Shown here in pieces: positions 60,811 through 64,000 of a stretch of DNA of 64,000 bases. The position numbers and the translations under genes were made by a program. The stretch covers positions 224,001 through 288,000 of the forward strand of contig CAWJIM010000002.1 of assembly GCA_963842945.1 (NCBI GenBank). The letters are read 5' to 3'. How positions within the stretch are numbered: position 1 is the stretch's first letter; each line of letters starts with the position of its first letter. Source of the stretch: an uncultured Gemmatimonadales bacterium (GTDB lineage: Bacteria > Gemmatimonadota > Gemmatimonadetes > Gemmatimonadales > GWC2-71-9). Below the pieces are notes generated by a model, which saw only the letters and a list, made by a program, of their open reading frames with translations, had not been told where the DNA came from and made no database searches.

Positions 60811-63800
60811 ACCTGAGTCCGGACGGTAACTACCGTTCCATCGCCCTCGGTGCTCTCCAGCTCGACTTGCCCGCCCCAGCTCTCCACCAGACGCTTCACG
60901 ATGGCCAGGCCGAGTCCCGCGCCGCTGGTGGTGGTGGAGAATCGCGGCTCGAAGACGCGAGGCAGCAAGTCGGCAGGAATGCCGCTTCCATTGTCCGAGA
61001 CTCGAATGATTCCCGGCCCGGCCCGGATCTCTACCACGGACGCGCCGGCGTTGCGCGCGTTCTCCAGCAGGTTCACCAACACCTCCTTCACCTCATCGTT
61101 CCGCGCAGCCCCAAAGGCGTTCGGCTCGGCCGTCAGTCTCACCGAGCAAGCTTCCTCCGATAGACGGTAGAGCTGCACCACCTCTTCCACGACGGCGCCA
61201 AGATCGATCTTCTGCAGCGCCTGGTCCTGGAGCGCCGGGGCGGCGAACCGGCTGAAGGCGCGGGCGATGGTGTCGAGCCGATCGATCTCCGCCAGGATGC
61301 GATCGGCCGTCTCATCCAGCGTCCGGTCGAACTCGGTACGGCGGTCGCGGTACACTCGACGAAGGTGCTGCATACCCAGCCGCATCGGGGTGAGCGGATT
61401 CTTGATCTCGTGCGCCACCTGACGTGCCATCTCACCCCAAGCAAGTACCCGCTCGGCCCGGGAAACCTCCGACACGTCATTGAGAGCGAGCACGGCGCCT
61501 CTGAGCTGAGGACCGAGGGACGCCAGCTGCAGCGTAACCCGGCGCCCTCTCACATCCAGCTCGACTGAGCCATCGGTGTTAGGATCCACCAGGAAGCGTC
61601 GCACCGCGTTTGCGAGCGGGCTCCACTCGGGCCCGAGCCGGTCGAGGAAGGGCTCGCCTTCCTGCAGATCCACACCGAGCAGATCCACCGCCTGGCCGTT
61701 GGCGATGAGCACGCGGCCGGCGGGATCCACGGCGACAACCCCCGTGGCGACGGTCGCGAGCACAGTAGCGGTTCGCCGGCGGGCCTCCTCGAGGGCGTTC
61801 TGGCTGGAACGGATGTCCGCGGCCATCCGCTCGAAGGCGGCGAACACCGGCTCGAACTCGAGCGGCGGCCGGCCCGAATGGGACGGCATCGGCTGGCCCT
61901 TACCCAGGGCCAGTGCGGAACGACGGAGATCGGCCACCGGACGGGAGAGCGTGCGGGCCGCGATCTGCGCCCCGGTCAACGCAGCGGCTACGCCGGCGAG
62001 CGTTGCCAGGAGAAGCACCAGAGCCAGATCCAGCTGTCGGACACCGAGTGACACGTCGTCGGCCAGCTGTGGCGTGGCCAGCACGGCGATGTCCTCCGGA
62101 GCGCCCGGCCGCACCACCCGATATCCGATGCGCTCGGCCAGCTCGGGAATGAAACCTTCGCGGGTGACCTCGACGTCGCCCTCCAGCGCCAGCCGAGCAA
62201 AGGCCCGCGGGTCCATCAACTGGCCCATGATGCCGAGATCTTCCAGAATGCCGTTGCTGGTTCCCGTCAGCACTCCGCCTTGATACAACGCCAGGTCCGC
62301 ATCCAACCGGCGGCTCAACCGGATCAGACGGTCGGGAGGGGGAGTCTCGGAACGGAATACGGCCCCTCCGGCCACCACCGCATCCCGCAGGGTTTGGGTG
62401 ATGAGCAGGTCCCGGCTCCGCTCCGCCTCGTTCGCCCAGGCGTACGAAGCTCCAGGCGGCGAATCCCACAGCGGGCACGATGAAGAACGCGCCCAGGGTG
62501 AAGGCAAGGCGCACCCGGAACGATCGGGCCAGGCTGCGCCACCGCGGGGGCGCCGGCCGCACCCCAGCCACCAGCTCGGCCAGAAACCAGAGGAGCGCGA
62601 GCACGGCCGCATCGAGCAGCACCACCAGCACGCCGCGGACGAAAAGCGGCACCGGAGCTCGAAGGTCGACAGTCGCGTGGACCACTCGGGCCGTGCCTGC
62701 CAGCACCAGGGGAAAGTCGCTCCGGAGAATCCAGCCCTCCCGTCGCCAGCGGCCGGGTGGCAAGGGCTGCGCTGAGGGCGAAGCAGAGAGGGAGAGCGTA
62801 TACAAGGGGACACTGCGGCGGGTCGGGTCGAGCAGACGTCCCAGTCGCCCAGGCAGAACGAGCTCCGATCGCGGTCCGATCAGCGCAGTCATTACCTCCT
62901 GGGGGCTGAGCCGAACCATGCAGCAGGTTGTGCACGCCGGGCGGGCGCAGCGATCTGGGTTACCCGAATGCTGTCGTTCGGGGGGAGACTACGGACCGCG
63001 GCCGCCAGCAGCTGAGTCGGGCACATCCAGCAGAGTCGAGCGTCAGCTCGTCCCGCAGCTCGCCCGACGGGGACCACAGCGCCAGATGGGCCGGATATCC
63101 CTGGTCTTCCAGCGAGGAGCCATGCCAGAGCGCGTACATCTCCGAGGCGTTTGCCGGCGGACGCGCGCGCCACGCCTGCTCGCCAAAGCGTTCCAGCAGC
63201 GGCACCGCCAGCGGATCGGGTTCGTCGCCCAGCCGAGCCATGTCCCGCTGCGCCACCTGGAGCCGGCCGGACATCTCGGCTCCCCAGGTGACCAGCGCGG
63301 CCGAGCTGCCGGCAACCAGGGCGATTCCGCTGATCGTCGCCCAGCGGCGGCGCGGGCAGGGTGACCAGCAGCAGCGCCGGCGTCCAGAGGAAGGTGTACC
63401 AATCGGGCCAGGCTCCTCCGCGGACTCCAGACGTACATCCCGATCACGGCGGCGGCGAAGGCGATACCCACACCAGCGATGATTCGCCAGCGGGTGTGAC
63501 TCTCGGGCCCGTTCCCCCGAAACAGCGATGCGGCCAGGACAATCAGCGCCGACGCCGCGACCAGGAGCGTCAGCTGCCAGGTGAGCCACAGCGCCAACCG
63601 AGACACCGCGGGCCGGCGGGGTGATGCCTCGACCCAGAGCTCTGATGAGATAGGGAGACGCGAGCAGCAGAATCGCGCCGAACAGGACGCCGTACCAGCG
63701 GCGCGGCAGCCGGCGGCGCCAGAGCCAGATGCCCGCCATGGTCAGCAGAATGCCGGAGAGCGCCAGGACGCCGGCGGACGCCGACAGCGGTCCCAGCAGC

Positions 63801-64000
63801 GGCCGAAAGAATGTGGCCGGCGAGAAGAGCGGCTGCAGCCCGAGCGCCGGTCCGAGCGGTGCGCGGGCCACCAGCCACAGGACGCAGGCCGAGAAGGAGG
63901 AATCGCTCGAGCGCTCCTGAGGCAAGTGCCCAGCGCCAGGATCAAGGTCAGCGAAAACAGCCAGAGCAGAGCATGGCTGGTTCGGAGGAACACCAGCTCC
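60807..64000 (-). CDS. Large multi-TM sensor histidine kinase, NtrY-like (HAMP-PAS-HisKA-HATPase); 5' partial, frameshifted
   Basis: AWGEMARQVAHEIKNPLTPM, NLLENA, FEPRFST..G.GLGL. Confidence 0.9.

Noticed and set aside
1041..64000. Mass pseudogenisation suggested by dozens of frameshifted genes
   Set aside because: Breaks are single-base indels, often in homopolymer or GC runs, and hit conserved genes (aldehyde dehydrogenase, comM, S41) whose motifs stay intact. Long-read consensus error is the simpler explanation.

Overview
GC-rich bacterial chromosome segment, most likely Gemmatimonadota (inferred from gene content and style, not from a database search). Many genes are split by single-base indels, which look like long-read consensus errors rather than true pseudogenes. 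The left end (1-8.4 kb) holds housekeeping-type genes: SpoIID/LytB-like, yajQ, a RpoD-like sigma factor, aldehyde dehydrogenase, a sigma-54 response regulator, thpR, larE and arfB. A small GIY-YIG nuclease gene bracketed by 27-bp inverted REP-like repeats is inserted among them. The centre (about 14.4-53.5 kb) is an accessory envelope/redox region: a DyP-peroxidase operon with two conserved unknown proteins, an arylsulfatase and formylglycine-generating enzyme, about nine outer-membrane beta-barrels including three Omp85 proteins, TamB, MscS, an aquaporin, a BASS transporter and a six-gene two-component cluster. Reading the intergenic DNA shows this region is wired as a regulon. Ten copies of a CTG-N10-CAG (7-2-7) box sit directly upstream of a -35/-10 promoter, and four copies of a second motif (NCYAARGTNCAGT) lie around the regulators, suggesting an uncharacterised FixL/FixJ-like to NarL-like cascade. 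The right end holds DUF1697, YjbR/RibD-like, TolB-like, comM, an S41 protease and a partial NtrY-like kinase, with heptamer repeat arrays in the intergenic spaces. I recognised no rRNA, tRNA, CRISPR array, integrase or transposase.
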